This document shows positions 1 to 9,563 of a stretch of DNA of 64,000 bases, piece by piece. The translations under genes were made by a program, and so were the position numbers. Under the pieces are notes generated by a model. That model was not told where the DNA came from and did not search any database. It was given only the letters and a program-made list of their open reading frames with translations. The stretch lies in the sequence record NC_055733.1; one strand, given 5' to 3'. Position 1 is the stretch's first letter. Every line of letters begins with the position of its first letter.

Positions 1-2199
1 TTATTTTGCGACTTCTACGATGTTTTTAGCGATTGCATCTTTCAGGTCATAGATCTGATTGAGATACCCAATGATCAGAGGGTTATTCTTCTCAAATTCG
101 CGAACTTTCGCATAAGCGCGGTCAGTTGCTTCCTTAACGAGTTTGGATACAACTTCGTTAAGAGTACGTTGTTTGGCGTCTTTCAAGTCGGAACGAGAAT
201 CACGAACCAACAGCAGGAATTCACCGATATCGCTACGTTGACCATTATGACCACACAGATCGTCAGTCAGCGGCTTAGTGATTGGGTTAGATGCCAAACG
301 GTTGATCCAACGCTCATTCACAGTAACACCGAAGTGATCCATAGTGACTTTGCCCATCTGATCCACAACATAATCGGTAACCATGGACTCGTTAAACTGC
401 TCGATATTCTTGTTTTTATCTGCCCGTGCCCAGTGTTGGGACTTGAAGACATAAACAGTTTTACCTTCCAGTTTAGACCAAGTTTTAATGATTCGATCAT
501 TGAACGTGGTAACGGTTTTCCAGTTATCGTATTTTTCGCGAGTCTTGCCGTTTTTCAGAGTCTCGGTAGTGATCGTCGGAGTAGCAATCTTGAGGTAGCC
601 ATATTCATGGGCACACCAGATAACATCTTTCAGATCATCGATATCTTCGACATACATCTGGACTTCGGATGTAACGCCGTTCTCGTATTTTACAACGTTA
701 GTTGCCTTACCGGTACGCTTCTTAGGCTGAATAAAGCCTTTGTCCTTCATTTCTTTCAGAACTTCCGCACGTACTTTAGACAACAGAATGACTTTACCGT
801 CTTTCATCCGAGTTGGGAAATATTTCAGGTATTCGACCATGTTTTCGCGATTCGCTTTTCCAACGGTAATGCTTTTCGGATCTTTCTCGTCAACCTTTGC
901 GTTGGAGAATACATCAAAAACGAATGCTCCTTCAACTCGGAATTTGTTCAGACGATCAAGTCCGTACATAACTTCGGCAGCACCGGTTTTTAGATCGTTG
1001 ATAATCACCGGGCGGAAACTTGAGCCAAAGCTAATATCTACGCCGTTTGACCAACGCTGTTTAACCTTACGAACAGTACCAGCACCAACACTCGCACGAA
1101 CGATAGGAACATCTGTATGCGGACGAGTATATGAACTCAGTTGTGCTTTCCACTGCTCGATAGTTTTCTTGCGGAACACACGCTTTTGAATCATACGTTG
1201 CCATACTTCGGCAGGGAATCTGCCCATCATATGCGAATGCAGCTCACGAATATCTTTGCATTTTTTGAATGCGTCGTCAATCTCTACTTCGTGAACTTTG
1301 TTCAAAAGTTTCATCCGCTTATCGATTGACGCGATGGTGTCCGGATCCAATGACAGTTCTTCACGGCTCGGAGTCATATCCAGTTCGCCAATTTCAAAGC
1401 GAACATAATAAGTCTTACGAGCGGCATACAACCCAATCATGGTGTTGTTCCAGTATTCAGCCGGAATCGGATACACTACACCACCCATAACAGCGAATAC
1501 GCCGTTGCCGTGCTGTGAGTAGTAATTTCCGTCAATCTTGCAAATACCGTCTTTGTCAAACTCAAGGTAGTTTACCGTGATCGGCTTGCCAATGAAACGA
1601 GGACGATACTCACCAAACGAACAGAATACGCGCTTGGCTTCTGCTTCCCAAGTATTCATGTCGTTAGACACGGGAACAGTAACTTCAACGCCAGTGTGTT
1701 CGGAAGAATCTTCCTCATACATTTTCATGATATTCGGTTCGCCGTTTTTCATGAATGCACTGAAAATCATTTTCTTGCCACCGAACCAAGAAGTAACGGT
1801 GAAAGTATCAGTGTATGCAAACGGAGATTTACATCCCAAGCCGAAACCACCAATTTCATCGTTACTGTTGGACTTGGTACTTGCAAAGTAAGTGCAGTAA
1901 AGTCCGGTAACATCTTCCTCACTCAGACCAATACCGTAATCACGGACGCTGAATTGTTGATTCAACATGCTCGGAAGAGTAACGTCGAAAGTCTTACTAA
2001 CTTCTACGCCAGTTCGTTTCAGAGCGATGTGGCCATCTACGGCGTTGCAACACAGTTCGCGAATGATCGCACGTTGCTTGTATTTGTACAAAGAGCTGGA
2101 CAGAATCTTGAATGCCTTTGCACTCGCCAGAATCTTAAAGCCAGAACTTTGATCTGCCGCGCTTCCGTAAATCTCGGTTTGTTCTTGATGAATTTTCAT
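1..2199 (-). CDS. rIIA: rIIA membrane-associated protein (GHKL-type N-terminal domain)
   Basis: N-terminus ILASAKAFKILSSSLYKYKQRAIIRELCCNAVDGH, VRDYGIG and GGFGLGCKSPFAYTDTFTV match T4 rIIA; 732 aa; next to topoisomerase as in T4. Confidence 0.93.
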   Translation of the reverse strand: MKIHQEQTEIYGSAADQSSGFKILASAKAFKILSSSLYKYKQRAIIRELCCNAVDGHIALKRTGVEVSKTFDVTLPSMLNQQFSVRDYGIGLSEEDVTGLYCTYFASTKSNSNDEIGGFGLGCKSPFAYTDTFTVTSWFGGKKMIFSAFMKNGEPNIMKMYEEDSSEHTGVEVTVPVSNDMNTWEAEAKRVFCSFGEYRPRFIGKPITVNYLEFDKDGICKIDGNYYSQHGNGVFAVMGGVVYPIPAEYWNNTMIGLYAARKTYYVRFEIGELDMTPSREELSLDPDTIASIDKRMKLLNKVHEVEIDDAFKKCKDIRELHSHMMGRFPAEVWQRMIQKRVFRKKTIEQWKAQLSSYTRPHTDVPIVRASVGAGTVRKVKQRWSNGVDISFGSSFRPVIINDLKTGAAEVMYGLDRLNKFRVEGAFVFDVFSNAKVDEKDPKSITVGKANRENMVEYLKYFPTRMKDGKVILLSKVRAEVLKEMKDKGFIQPKKRTGKATNVVKYENGVTSEVQMYVEDIDDLKDVIWCAHEYGYLKIATPTITTETLKNGKTREKYDNWKTVTTFNDRIIKTWSKLEGKTVYVFKSQHWARADKNKNIEQFNESMVTDYVVDQMGKVTMDHFGVTVNERWINRLASNPITKPLTDDLCGHNGQRSDIGEFLLLVRDSRSDLKDAKQRTLNEVVSKLVKEATDRAYAKVREFEKNNPLIIGYLNQIYDLKDAIAKNIVEVAK

Positions 2200-2270
2200 T
2201 GTTTACTCTCATAGTTGGCATAATATATTCCTCACATAACATCAGAAAGTGGCTGATTTCAGCCACAGTT

Positions 2271-2558
2271 TTATTTGAACGCTGCGAAAGTTGCTTCGGC
2301 TTGTTTCTTGAAAACCCAGTCCAGAAATTCTGCCTCAGTTTTCAACTCACTCAACATAATGCCATCATAAGTGCTGTTGGCCCATCTGTCAAATGTTTTT
2401 TCGTGCTCGCTGATCTCAAACATGCCATCGCAAGCAACACGGAATCGAAACAGACCGTTTTTAGAAACTGGATAAAACTTATCCCACTTCCGGTCTTTAC
2501 CAATCTTTAGCCAAGCTTTCTTGCACCAGTGCTTATACTGTTTAGGTAGTTTTGTCAT
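2271..2558 (-). CDS. hypothetical protein (95 aa)
   Basis: Tightly packed minus-strand ORF followed by hairpin gtggctg-aaat-cagccac. Confidence 0.7.
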   Translation of the reverse strand: MTKLPKQYKHWCKKAWLKIGKDRKWDKFYPVSKNGLFRFRVACDGMFEISEHEKTFDRWANSTYDGIMLSELKTEAEFLDWVFKKQAEATFAAFK

Positions 2559-2869
2559 TACAGATACTCGTCAAACCAACGCTCGCCCAGCTCTTCCAAA
2601 TCGACTTCGTAACCGAAGATCAAATTCAGATTCGCGGTTTTGTGGGTAATCTCGCTAGTCTCTTTCAGGGATTCGCGGAACTTCTTGACTTCTTTTTTCA
2701 CGGTATGCAGAACTTTGATTTCGTGTTCTTCACAATACACTTCCCATTCACCGAACTTTTCATCGATGAACTTGATAAACTTCTCACGGAGAAAAGTCAT
2801 CTTGCCGATTTTAATGCACGGGCTGATTTTCTTAGAGATATCGCCCAAATTCTTAGTCAGATTACCCAT
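2558..2869 (-). CDS. hypothetical protein (103 aa)
   Basis: Overlaps both neighbours in operon fashion. Confidence 0.7.
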   Translation of the reverse strand: MGNLTKNLGDISKKISPCIKIGKMTFLREKFIKFIDEKFGEWEVYCEEHEIKVLHTVKKEVKKFRESLKETSEITHKTANLNLIFGYEVDLEELGERWFDEYL

Positions 2870-3345
2870 TGTTGATTCAACACCTTTTTAGAAGCTTTAT
2901 TAGCCATACGACGGTTATTATAACGCTTGTCGCCCGTTACTTCAAGTCCAATCCACTTAGGAAGCGGGAGAATTTCTTCATTTTCGTGAGCAATCTCAAT
3001 CTCTGCAAGCTTAAACCCTTCATAGGGATAGCTCTGGAACTCGTCCATTTCGATCTTATGCTTACCATGCTGATAGACGCTACGTTGTTTTTTCAACACG
3101 CCACCAACCGGAGCACGACGTTTGGCAAACTCATAGATGAACTTGGGAATACGTGTTTCCAGTTCAATCTTACTCATACCTTTACCGAACTTCATATTCC
3201 AGAAGTAGCTAGAAATACCGTGGTGTTGCTTACGGAAACGCAGCTTACCGAGATAAAACTGCTCGATCTCTAACCGACGAATCGGTTCATCTTCGATTAC
3301 TACGTCCGGATTTAACAGATACTTACGTTCAATTTCAAGTAACAT
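2857..3345 (-). CDS. CYTH / triphosphate tunnel metalloenzyme family protein
   Basis: N-terminal ExExK motif (LEIERKYL), IEQFYL, KQR, EMDEF, LAEIE and WIGLEVTGDKRYNN; SD GGAGAG upstream. Confidence 0.82.
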   Translation of the reverse strand: MLLEIERKYLLNPDVVIEDEPIRRLEIEQFYLGKLRFRKQHHGISSYFWNMKFGKGMSKIELETRIPKFIYEFAKRRAPVGGVLKKQRSVYQHGKHKIEMDEFQSYPYEGFKLAEIEIAHENEEILPLPKWIGLEVTGDKRYNNRRMANKASKKVLNQQWVI

Positions 3346-3372
3346 ACGCTCTCCTTTTCAAAGCATGGAACG

Positions 3373-3401
3373 ATTCTACACTTTGAAAAAGAGGGTGTCA
3401 A
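3373..3401 (-). promoter_or_regulatory. sigma70-type early promoter TTGACA-N17-TAGAAT
   Basis: Minus strand reads TTGACAccctctttttcaaagtgTAGAAT upstream of the CYTH gene. Confidence 0.75.
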
Positions 3402-3408
3402 CCCTCTT
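3385..3408 (-). terminator. intrinsic terminator after topoisomerase gene
   Basis: aagaggg-ttgaca-ccctctt followed by ttt on the minus strand. Confidence 0.65.
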
Positions 3409-5238
3409 CCTCTTCAAAAACGATATCATCATCGAAACCAAGCCATTTCTTGCGCTTGTGTTCGTCGTCGCCAAATAGCATTTCCAACATTTCGGCAGTT
3501 TGATCGTCGATAACAACTTGTTCCAACACGAGATTTTCAATACATTGTTTGTATTCGCAATCATCGCCCTCAACAGTCAAAGAACCCAGTCCTTTGATGT
3601 GTCGATGTGTCCACTTGCCGTCGAACTTCTTGGCTCTAAACTCGTCGCGAGAATAGCTCCAATCAGTCTTCTTGCCGTTTGTGCTGATATACTCAGGAGT
3701 CCGAACAATGTAAATTCGTCCTTGATCGAACCAATGTGGCCAATACTTGTAGAAAAACGCAATAGCCAACATAGCGATAGAACCCTTACCGTCTTGATCC
3801 GCGTCTGTCATGATAGCAATTTCGCTATATGCGGGCGCTTCTTTCGAACGGAGTTCTACGTTGAGAATACCAAGTAGATCTGCAATCTCTTTGTTTTTCA
3901 ACACTTCATGATCAGGCAAATTCCATACGTTCAGCATCTTACCACGCAGGGGATACGAGCCTTGTGTTTCTTCGTTGCGGAATCGAGTGAACGGACCAAT
4001 AGCCGAATCACCTTCTGCAAGGAACAACATAGTTTTAACTCTACCTAGACCAGCCGCTGCAACGTGTTTAGCTACGTTTGCTTTCTTTGCTTTCTTCTGG
4101 CTTTAGTTGCCGCGGCTTTATCTGCCGCTTCTTTCTTTGCCAGCGCAGACGCAATAATCGGGTCAATCACTTCTGGAGTTTTCAGAATCTTGCGAGCAAG
4201 AGCCTTATAATCCAAATTCATATGGTCACGAATCTGTGCCCATGGAGAACTCAGTCGCTCTTTTGTCTGACCGTCATACTTCGGCGCTACCAGATTACGA
4301 ATAAACAAGCCAATAAGCAAGCATTCTTTGATACGAGCCTTATTGATTTCGATCTTGTGCTGACGCTTGATCATCGGAATCAGTTCGTCGCTCAGAGAGT
4401 CCAACACGCCATAAACGTGATTACCACCCTGCTTTGTGTGAACACCGTTAACAAAGCTCAGTTGTCTGTATTCTTCGGAAGTCGCAAAGAACAAGCTAAC
4501 GTTTTCATCGTTGTGGCTTACAACATCACCAAATTGTGCAGCGAATTTGTTGAACTTACCTTCAACTTTCTTGCCGTTATACTTGAAAGTAATCTGCGGG
4601 AAGTTTACGGCAAGAGTCAACAGTCTGGACTGAATAACTTGCTCGAAATCTTCATCAAGCTGGAACACACCAAATCTGGTGAAATCAGGAACAAACGTTA
4701 CAGTCGTGCCCTTGAATTTACCTGCTTTAGTTGTGTAACTTACTTCATCCGCGTTGTTTGTGCAACGTACAGTTACGGTATTTGTGCCGTTACCGGTTTC
4801 ACCAACGAAACTATCAGAGAAAAAGTTAGTTAACGCGGATCCAACACCGTTTTTACCGATAGTCTTGCGATCTGCGGAGAAGTTAGAGCCAGCGCGAGCG
4901 CGAGTCCAAGCAGCAAGTGGCAACGGTACTTCAACACCTTCCGGAGTGACTACCATACCCTGAGGCAAACCACGACCGTTATCTTTCACTGATACCTGAT
5001 TGTCTTTAATAGACACTTCGATTTGATTGGCATGTTCGAAGTTAGTCCGAATTGCTTCATCCACACAGTTATCGATTACTTCATCCGTGATCTTGACTAG
5101 ACCTGGAATATAACCAATCGGAACAAACTTGCCATCCACAAGAACATCGTGAACCTCTAGGCTCGTACTCCCGATGTACATGTCCGTATTGATAAGGCAG
5201 TGTTCTTTGTCGGATAAAACTTTAAACTCTTGTGACAT
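3398..5238 (-). CDS. 39: DNA topoisomerase II large subunit (gp39+60 fused type), interrupted by an apparent 1-nt deletion near 4100
   Basis: ORF 4072-5238 carries the GHKL ATPase (DEVIDN, DNGRG, GKNGVG). ORF 3398-4030 carries TOPRIM (AEGDSA, PLRGK, MTDADQDG). The -1 frame supplies the expected linker KKAKKANVAKHVAA. Restored length about 613 aa. Confidence 0.93.
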
Positions 5239-5303
5239 TTATACCTCTTATATGTGGAGCACTTAGACTCCACATTATACACAAAAAATCGATTAGGTAA
5301 ACG

Positions 5304-5803
5304 TTAGATTACCTGTTTCTTCCACTTTTCGCTTTTGCTGATAATAGCATTAACGATCATTTCACGCGCTTTGTCGGCAACAAGTGCTTCATCTACCTTG
5401 GTACCTAGTTCTTTTGAAAGTCGCTCGTACAACTCAACGTAAACAAGGTCGACGCCGCTGATAATCAGATCTGCGATCTCACAATGCAGTGGCTCTGGGT
5501 GTTGCTTATGTGGCTTGTTAATCACGGTAGCCGCTTCACCAAGCTCTTCCGTACACTTGCCCAGTACATAGTGTTGGCTACGTTGTACATCTGCAATCTG
5601 AGACGTTTCCAACACTTTGGCGATGGGGTCAACTGACTTGAGATTTTGAGCGGCATTCCAGCCATTACCCAAGTATTCCAGCAGCCACCGCGAACAATGA
5701 AACGCTGTTCTTCGTTCAGATTTTCCCAGTTGTATGCTTTCTGAAATTCTCGCTCACAATCGATGCGATTCACAGGAGCAAGACGAACATCAAGTGGAAA
5801 CAT
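5304..5803 (-). CDS. MazG-like nucleotide pyrophosphohydrolase with N-terminal extension (apparent frameshift near 5690)
   Basis: KCTEELGE...CEIADL MazG acidic motifs in 5304-5672. The SD-preceded ATG at 5803 joins by a -1 shift (FIVR|RWLLEYLGNGW). Confidence 0.72.
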
Positions 5804-5805
5804 TT

Positions 5806-6009
5806 TTAACCCTTAATAAAAGCGTATGCACGTTTGTAGCTGGCAATGATACCGTCTACCCGAGATTCGATATCGATATCAGACGGAACACGCAGATCCA
5901 TGATCGCACGGAAGATAACTTCGCGTGAACTTTCGATCAGGTTGTACACAGTGCGATCCAGAGTGTCGATTTGTTTTTGTTCGAACTCAGTAAAAATTCT
6001 TTCTTCCAT
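5806..6009 (-). CDS. hypothetical protein (67 aa)
   Basis: TAATG coupling with the upstream gene. Confidence 0.7.
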   Translation of the reverse strand: MEERIFTEFEQKQIDTLDRTVYNLIESSREVIFRAIMDLRVPSDIDIESRVDGIIASYKRAYAFIKG

Positions 6010-6191
6010 TACAGTTCCTCGTTGTATTCAGTATATTCGGTGCCAGCGTCAGTAACGATTCGTTCTGCCAACGCTTTGCCGTCTTTGTCGTAAATTACAG
6101 TGGTCATTTCGCCGAAGTCATACGAAGTATGCTCAAATGCGCCTTCGACGGTAGCCAGGATTTCATTATAACGTACTTCGTTGATTTTCAT
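6009..6191 (-). CDS. hypothetical protein (60 aa, MKINEVRY...)
   Basis: ATG at 6191 with SD GAGG just after the dexA stop; the longer ORF-track start overlaps dexA. Confidence 0.65.
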   Translation of the reverse strand: MKINEVRYNEILATVEGAFEHTSYDFGEMTTVIYDKDGKALAERIVTDAGTEYTEYNEEL

Positions 6192-6193
6192 CT

Positions 6194-6874
6194 TTAGCCT
6201 CTTAAAATAGAATGTGGGTCTACATTGTCGCCAGTTGGCATTTCTTCTAGTCCCCAAGCATAACGCTTAGAGTAGATAAGCATAAGAACATCTTTTGCGG
6301 CGTCATGAATACTATCATGCTTCACGAATCCGTCAAGTGTTCCTTTCGGAAGTGGGCAAATAGTTTGCATTCTGGAGCACAAGTTTTGTTCAATTGCTGT
6401 TCTAATATCGCGTTGGCGAGAGAAGTTAACAGGTTGTTCAAAAATTGTATCATCTTGTTCAAGATACTCGGAAAGCATATCCTCGAATATCGTAAAGTCA
6501 AAGCTATTACCACGGCACCACGCGAGTGATTTCCAGTAGTCAACTTTGAAACCAGGACGTCTGATATAGTCAAAGAACTTTTCCATGCCGACGTTGATAT
6601 TAACATCATCCAAACTGGGTTTCAAGTTCTTTTTAGCATCTGGACTCTGATTCTTCCACCACTCGATTGTGGATTTCATTTTATGTCGATTTGACTGGGA
6701 TTTCAAGTCAAATTTGATCTTGATGCCACGGGACACAAGTTCTTGAAAGCTGGGAGGATTCTGAATATCCTCCCGATAAACGATAGCAGCTAGATCAATA
6801 ACTGTTGCGTTTGCTTTGTTGCTAAATGTCTCCATGTCGATGATATAATCATCGTACTCTGGAACTTGAATCAT
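6194..6874 (-). CDS. dexA: exonuclease A (DEDDh 3'-5' exonuclease)
   Basis: IIDMET, WCRGNSFD, RDIRT and HDSIHDAAKD motifs as in T4 DexA. Confidence 0.9.
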   Translation of the reverse strand: MIQVPEYDDYIIDMETFSNKANATVIDLAAIVYREDIQNPPSFQELVSRGIKIKFDLKSQSNRHKMKSTIEWWKNQSPDAKKNLKPSLDDVNINVGMEKFFDYIRRPGFKVDYWKSLAWCRGNSFDFTIFEDMLSEYLEQDDTIFEQPVNFSRQRDIRTAIEQNLCSRMQTICPLPKGTLDGFVKHDSIHDAAKDVLMLIYSKRYAWGLEEMPTGDNVDPHSILRG

Positions 6875-7356
6875 TTAACGCCAGAACTCCCGAATCCAGA
6901 TTCGCCGCGTTCGGTGTTACGTGAAAATTCAGAAACTTCTTTTAGCTCGAATCCCTTAACATACAGATGAAATACCATCTGCACAACACGATCACCCGGC
7001 ACGATAGCCAGATCGTCAGTTCCTTCGTTACGCAGCTTGATCATGATCTCGCCGTGATAGTCAGAGTCGATAACACCAGCGGTATTAGCGAGACGGACAT
7101 AATGCTTGAATCCCAGACCGGAGCGCGGCAGAATGCAGCCATAAACACCGATATCGAGAAACACATTTGCGAGTTGCAGAGCACCAATATCCATTTTCAG
7201 GCCAGACGGAATCACAATATCTTCGCCCGGTTTCAGAACTACAGTTTCACCGATAGCGGCTCGCAGATCGATACCAGCGGCTTCGGCAGATTTGAAAGCG
7301 GGCAGTTCCCACTCAGGCAGATAATGAGGCAGTCGGATTACAGGAATAACATTCAT
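6871..7356 (-). CDS. dut: trimeric dUTPase
   Basis: AGIDL, PRSG, GVIDSDYHGEI, RVVQ and RGESGFGSSG motifs I-V. Confidence 0.95.
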   Translation of the reverse strand: MNVIPVIRLPHYLPEWELPAFKSAEAAGIDLRAAIGETVVLKPGEDIVIPSGLKMDIGALQLANVFLDIGVYGCILPRSGLGFKHYVRLANTAGVIDSDYHGEIMIKLRNEGTDDLAIVPGDRVVQMVFHLYVKGFELKEVSEFSRNTERGESGFGSSGVK

Positions 7357-7994
7357 TCAGATTTTTCTCCATTTGCACTTATCTAAGTGTCTTCGTTTTA
7401 AGTTTTTATATTCGCCAACTTTATTACAATGTGGACATGTAACTACGTCAGACGGTTTGAATCCATTGCAATTTTTATGACAACGATTTATTACAATCCA
7501 TGACAACTCTTGTCTACAAACAATACAACAAGCCTTTGACTTCGGAACACCTTTTGTTGATTCCGATATCTTTTTTCTTTCCCAGTCAGCTCGAACTCTC
7601 CCGGTGACAGATTCGGCATGTTTTCTTATTTGTTCTGGTGTTTTTTGTGCGTCTTCCAATATCTTGGATTATTCTCGGATATCAGACGTTTGGTGTCATC
7701 GGAGTGATTTCTTCCACCGACACCACCTCTACATTTATTGTAGTAACGTGACGACTGGATTATTTCATCCGTAATAAGTTCGTTTTCTTTTTTGAACATG
7801 TCATCACGATTATTATATTCAAATAAAATCTCTTTTGTAAAGTTATTTTTCCCTAATTTCTTTAAATCTTTTTTAATTTCCACACCGGAACCCATATACC
7901 CGTCATCAATGTTATTGGTAGAATGAACCCCGATGTATTTTCTTCCGTCTATTTTATTTGTTATGCAATAGACTATGTTGAACTTTTTCTCCAC
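7357..7994 (-). mobile_element. free-standing GIY-YIG (Seg-like) homing endonuclease gene, frameshifted at an A6 run near 7645
   Basis: VYCITN...KYIG, YMGSG, E and YN catalytic motifs; C-terminal NUMOD3-like and CPHC segments in the -1 frame; AT-rich; GTG start inside the primase 3' end. Confidence 0.85.
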
Positions 7995-9010
7995 TTAGAT
8001 AGCCTTAGTTTTGCGGAAAGACCGGACACTATATTTGACTTCAAATAATCATGTATATCGTCAACGGAAACCCCCGCCTTTACCATATCATTTAGGTCTT
8101 TTTCATTTCTACCAAAATGATCCCATAATACCACTTTCTCGCCAGCGTCGATAAGCTTCTCCAAACGCTCTACCGTCTCTTTCGATCTCGGCTCGTTGTC
8201 TAGCACCCATACGCGCTTGCTCTTGAATGGAGCGTCGTTTAGATGCATGGAGCCACCGACGATAGCTAGAGAGTTTGGAATAAAAACACTGTCAATCGGA
8301 CCTTCAAAGTAAAAGACAGTTTTACTGCCGTCAACACGTTCAAGTCCATAAATTTTATTAGCTTGATCATCGGGCTTAACAGTCAGATATCGTTGATTCT
8401 TGTCAACATTACCCAATGCGCGTCCCTGAATACAGCTAACAGTTCCGTCTTGATTGTGAATAGGAATAACAAGTCGGTATTCACGATCAACGACCTTATA
8501 CGTCTCTGGCTTAATGTGATTGCTCAGAGCTTTCCAGTTGTCGGTGAAATAAAACAGTTTCAGTTTATCTTTCGGTATACAGCGATCAAGCATGTATCGA
8601 ACGACTGGATGATCTTCTCTCAGTTCGGATAGATTAACACAAAAAGGGAGATCAGAAACAACTTTTTTCTCTTTTTTCTCAAGTTTTGAACCAAGATTTA
8701 GATTGACTTCCTGGCGCTTTGGACGCTCGTTATCTTTGTACTTCTCTTTGATGTACTCACGGTATAATTCTTCGTGATACATCTGGAGATAGAGCGAAAA
8801 CGGCAACTGTTTGCCACAGTTGAAACAACCGTACCAAACTTGACCGTCTCGCTCATAAAACCAGCCACGCGATTTATACTTGTCTTTCTGCGAGTCGCCA
8901 CAAATGTGACAACGGAAGTTGTACTTGATTTCGTGTGCTCGACTGTGATCGGAAAACATCGGCAACACAAACGCGATCTGGTGTGCCATATGACGTTGTA
9001 GATAAAGCAT
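7973..9010 (-). CDS. 61: DNA primase
   Basis: Zn finger CHICGDS...CFNC, FEGPIDS and WVLDNEPR TOPRIM, KDLNDM; ATG at 9010 follows GGAG. Confidence 0.95.
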   Translation of the reverse strand: MLYLQRHMAHQIAFVLPMFSDHSRAHEIKYNFRCHICGDSQKDKYKSRGWFYERDGQVWYGCFNCGKQLPFSLYLQMYHEELYREYIKEKYKDNERPKRQEVNLNLGSKLEKKEKKVVSDLPFCVNLSELREDHPVVRYMLDRCIPKDKLKLFYFTDNWKALSNHIKPETYKVVDREYRLVIPIHNQDGTVSCIQGRALGNVDKNQRYLTVKPDDQANKIYGLERVDGSKTVFYFEGPIDSVFIPNSLAIVGGSMHLNDAPFKSKRVWVLDNEPRSKETVERLEKLIDAGEKVVLWDHFGRNEKDLNDMVKAGVSVDDIHDYLKSNIVSGLSAKLRLSKWRKSST

Positions 9011-9051
9011 AGTTTCTCCAAACAAAAATGCCCCAATTAAGGGGCATTGTA

Positions 9052-9519
9052 TCAGCTTTTCTTTTTCTTATCAATCTTTTTCGTCTGTCCAGCGCCCATA
9101 TCTGTAACAGAACCACTTTTCTCGCCAGTTGCGATCTTAGTAGCATCGCCACCACAATCACCGGAGACCATTTCGATCAGCTTGTGCAAATCGCTATCTT
9201 CTTCACACTCAACTAGCGGCATCCGAGATAGATCCGGCTCGCCATATTCTTTGATAACGGCGTTCCACCCCATCTTCACTGCCAATGCAGTCGTCCCAAA
9301 CCCACCACTAAATCGCTGAATTGTCTGTTTCAGACTTCTTACCATGCTATGAAACTTGGTATAATGCGATTTTTCTCTGGGAGTCTCAGGACGTCGCAAC
9401 ACGTTGCCTTGATCGTCAATGATACCTAGCTTATGCGCTTCCCACTTAGAGAAAGATTTCCCTAATAGAGTAGCTAAACGGTATGCGTAAACCGCATCCA
9501 TAATCGTCTTTGCACTCAT
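9052..9519 (-). CDS. conserved T4-like hypothetical protein (61.1-like)
   Basis: AYRLATLLGKSFSKWEAHKLGIIDDQGNVLR resembles the 61.1 family; sits between 41 and 61. Confidence 0.7.
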   Translation of the reverse strand: MSAKTIMDAVYAYRLATLLGKSFSKWEAHKLGIIDDQGNVLRRPETPREKSHYTKFHSMVRSLKQTIQRFSGGFGTTALAVKMGWNAVIKEYGEPDLSRMPLVECEEDSDLHKLIEMVSGDCGGDATKIATGEKSGSVTDMGAGQTKKIDKKKKS

Positions 9520-9535
9520 AACACCTCCAAACTCT

Positions 9536-9542
9536 TATTTAT
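9536..9542 (-). promoter_or_regulatory. putative gp55-dependent late promoter (ATAAATA)
   Basis: cATAAATA 17 nt upstream of the 61.1-like start, just after the gene 41 terminator. Confidence 0.55.
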
Positions 9543-9544
9543 GA

Positions 9545-9563
9545 AAAGGGGATTAAATCCCCC
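9545..9563 (-). terminator. intrinsic terminator after gene 41
   Basis: ggggat-tta-atcccc plus T-tract on the minus strand. Confidence 0.55.

Noticed and set aside
2199-2235. Upstream SD-ATG (MPTMRVN) possibly extending rIIA
   Set aside because: It needs a +1 correction, and the 2199 start already matches the T4 rIIA N-terminus; undecidable without resequencing.
3398-4110. T4 gene-60-like translational bypassing
   Set aside because: There is no 50-nt coding gap or matched take-off/landing codons; a single missing base explains the break, and similar indels recur.
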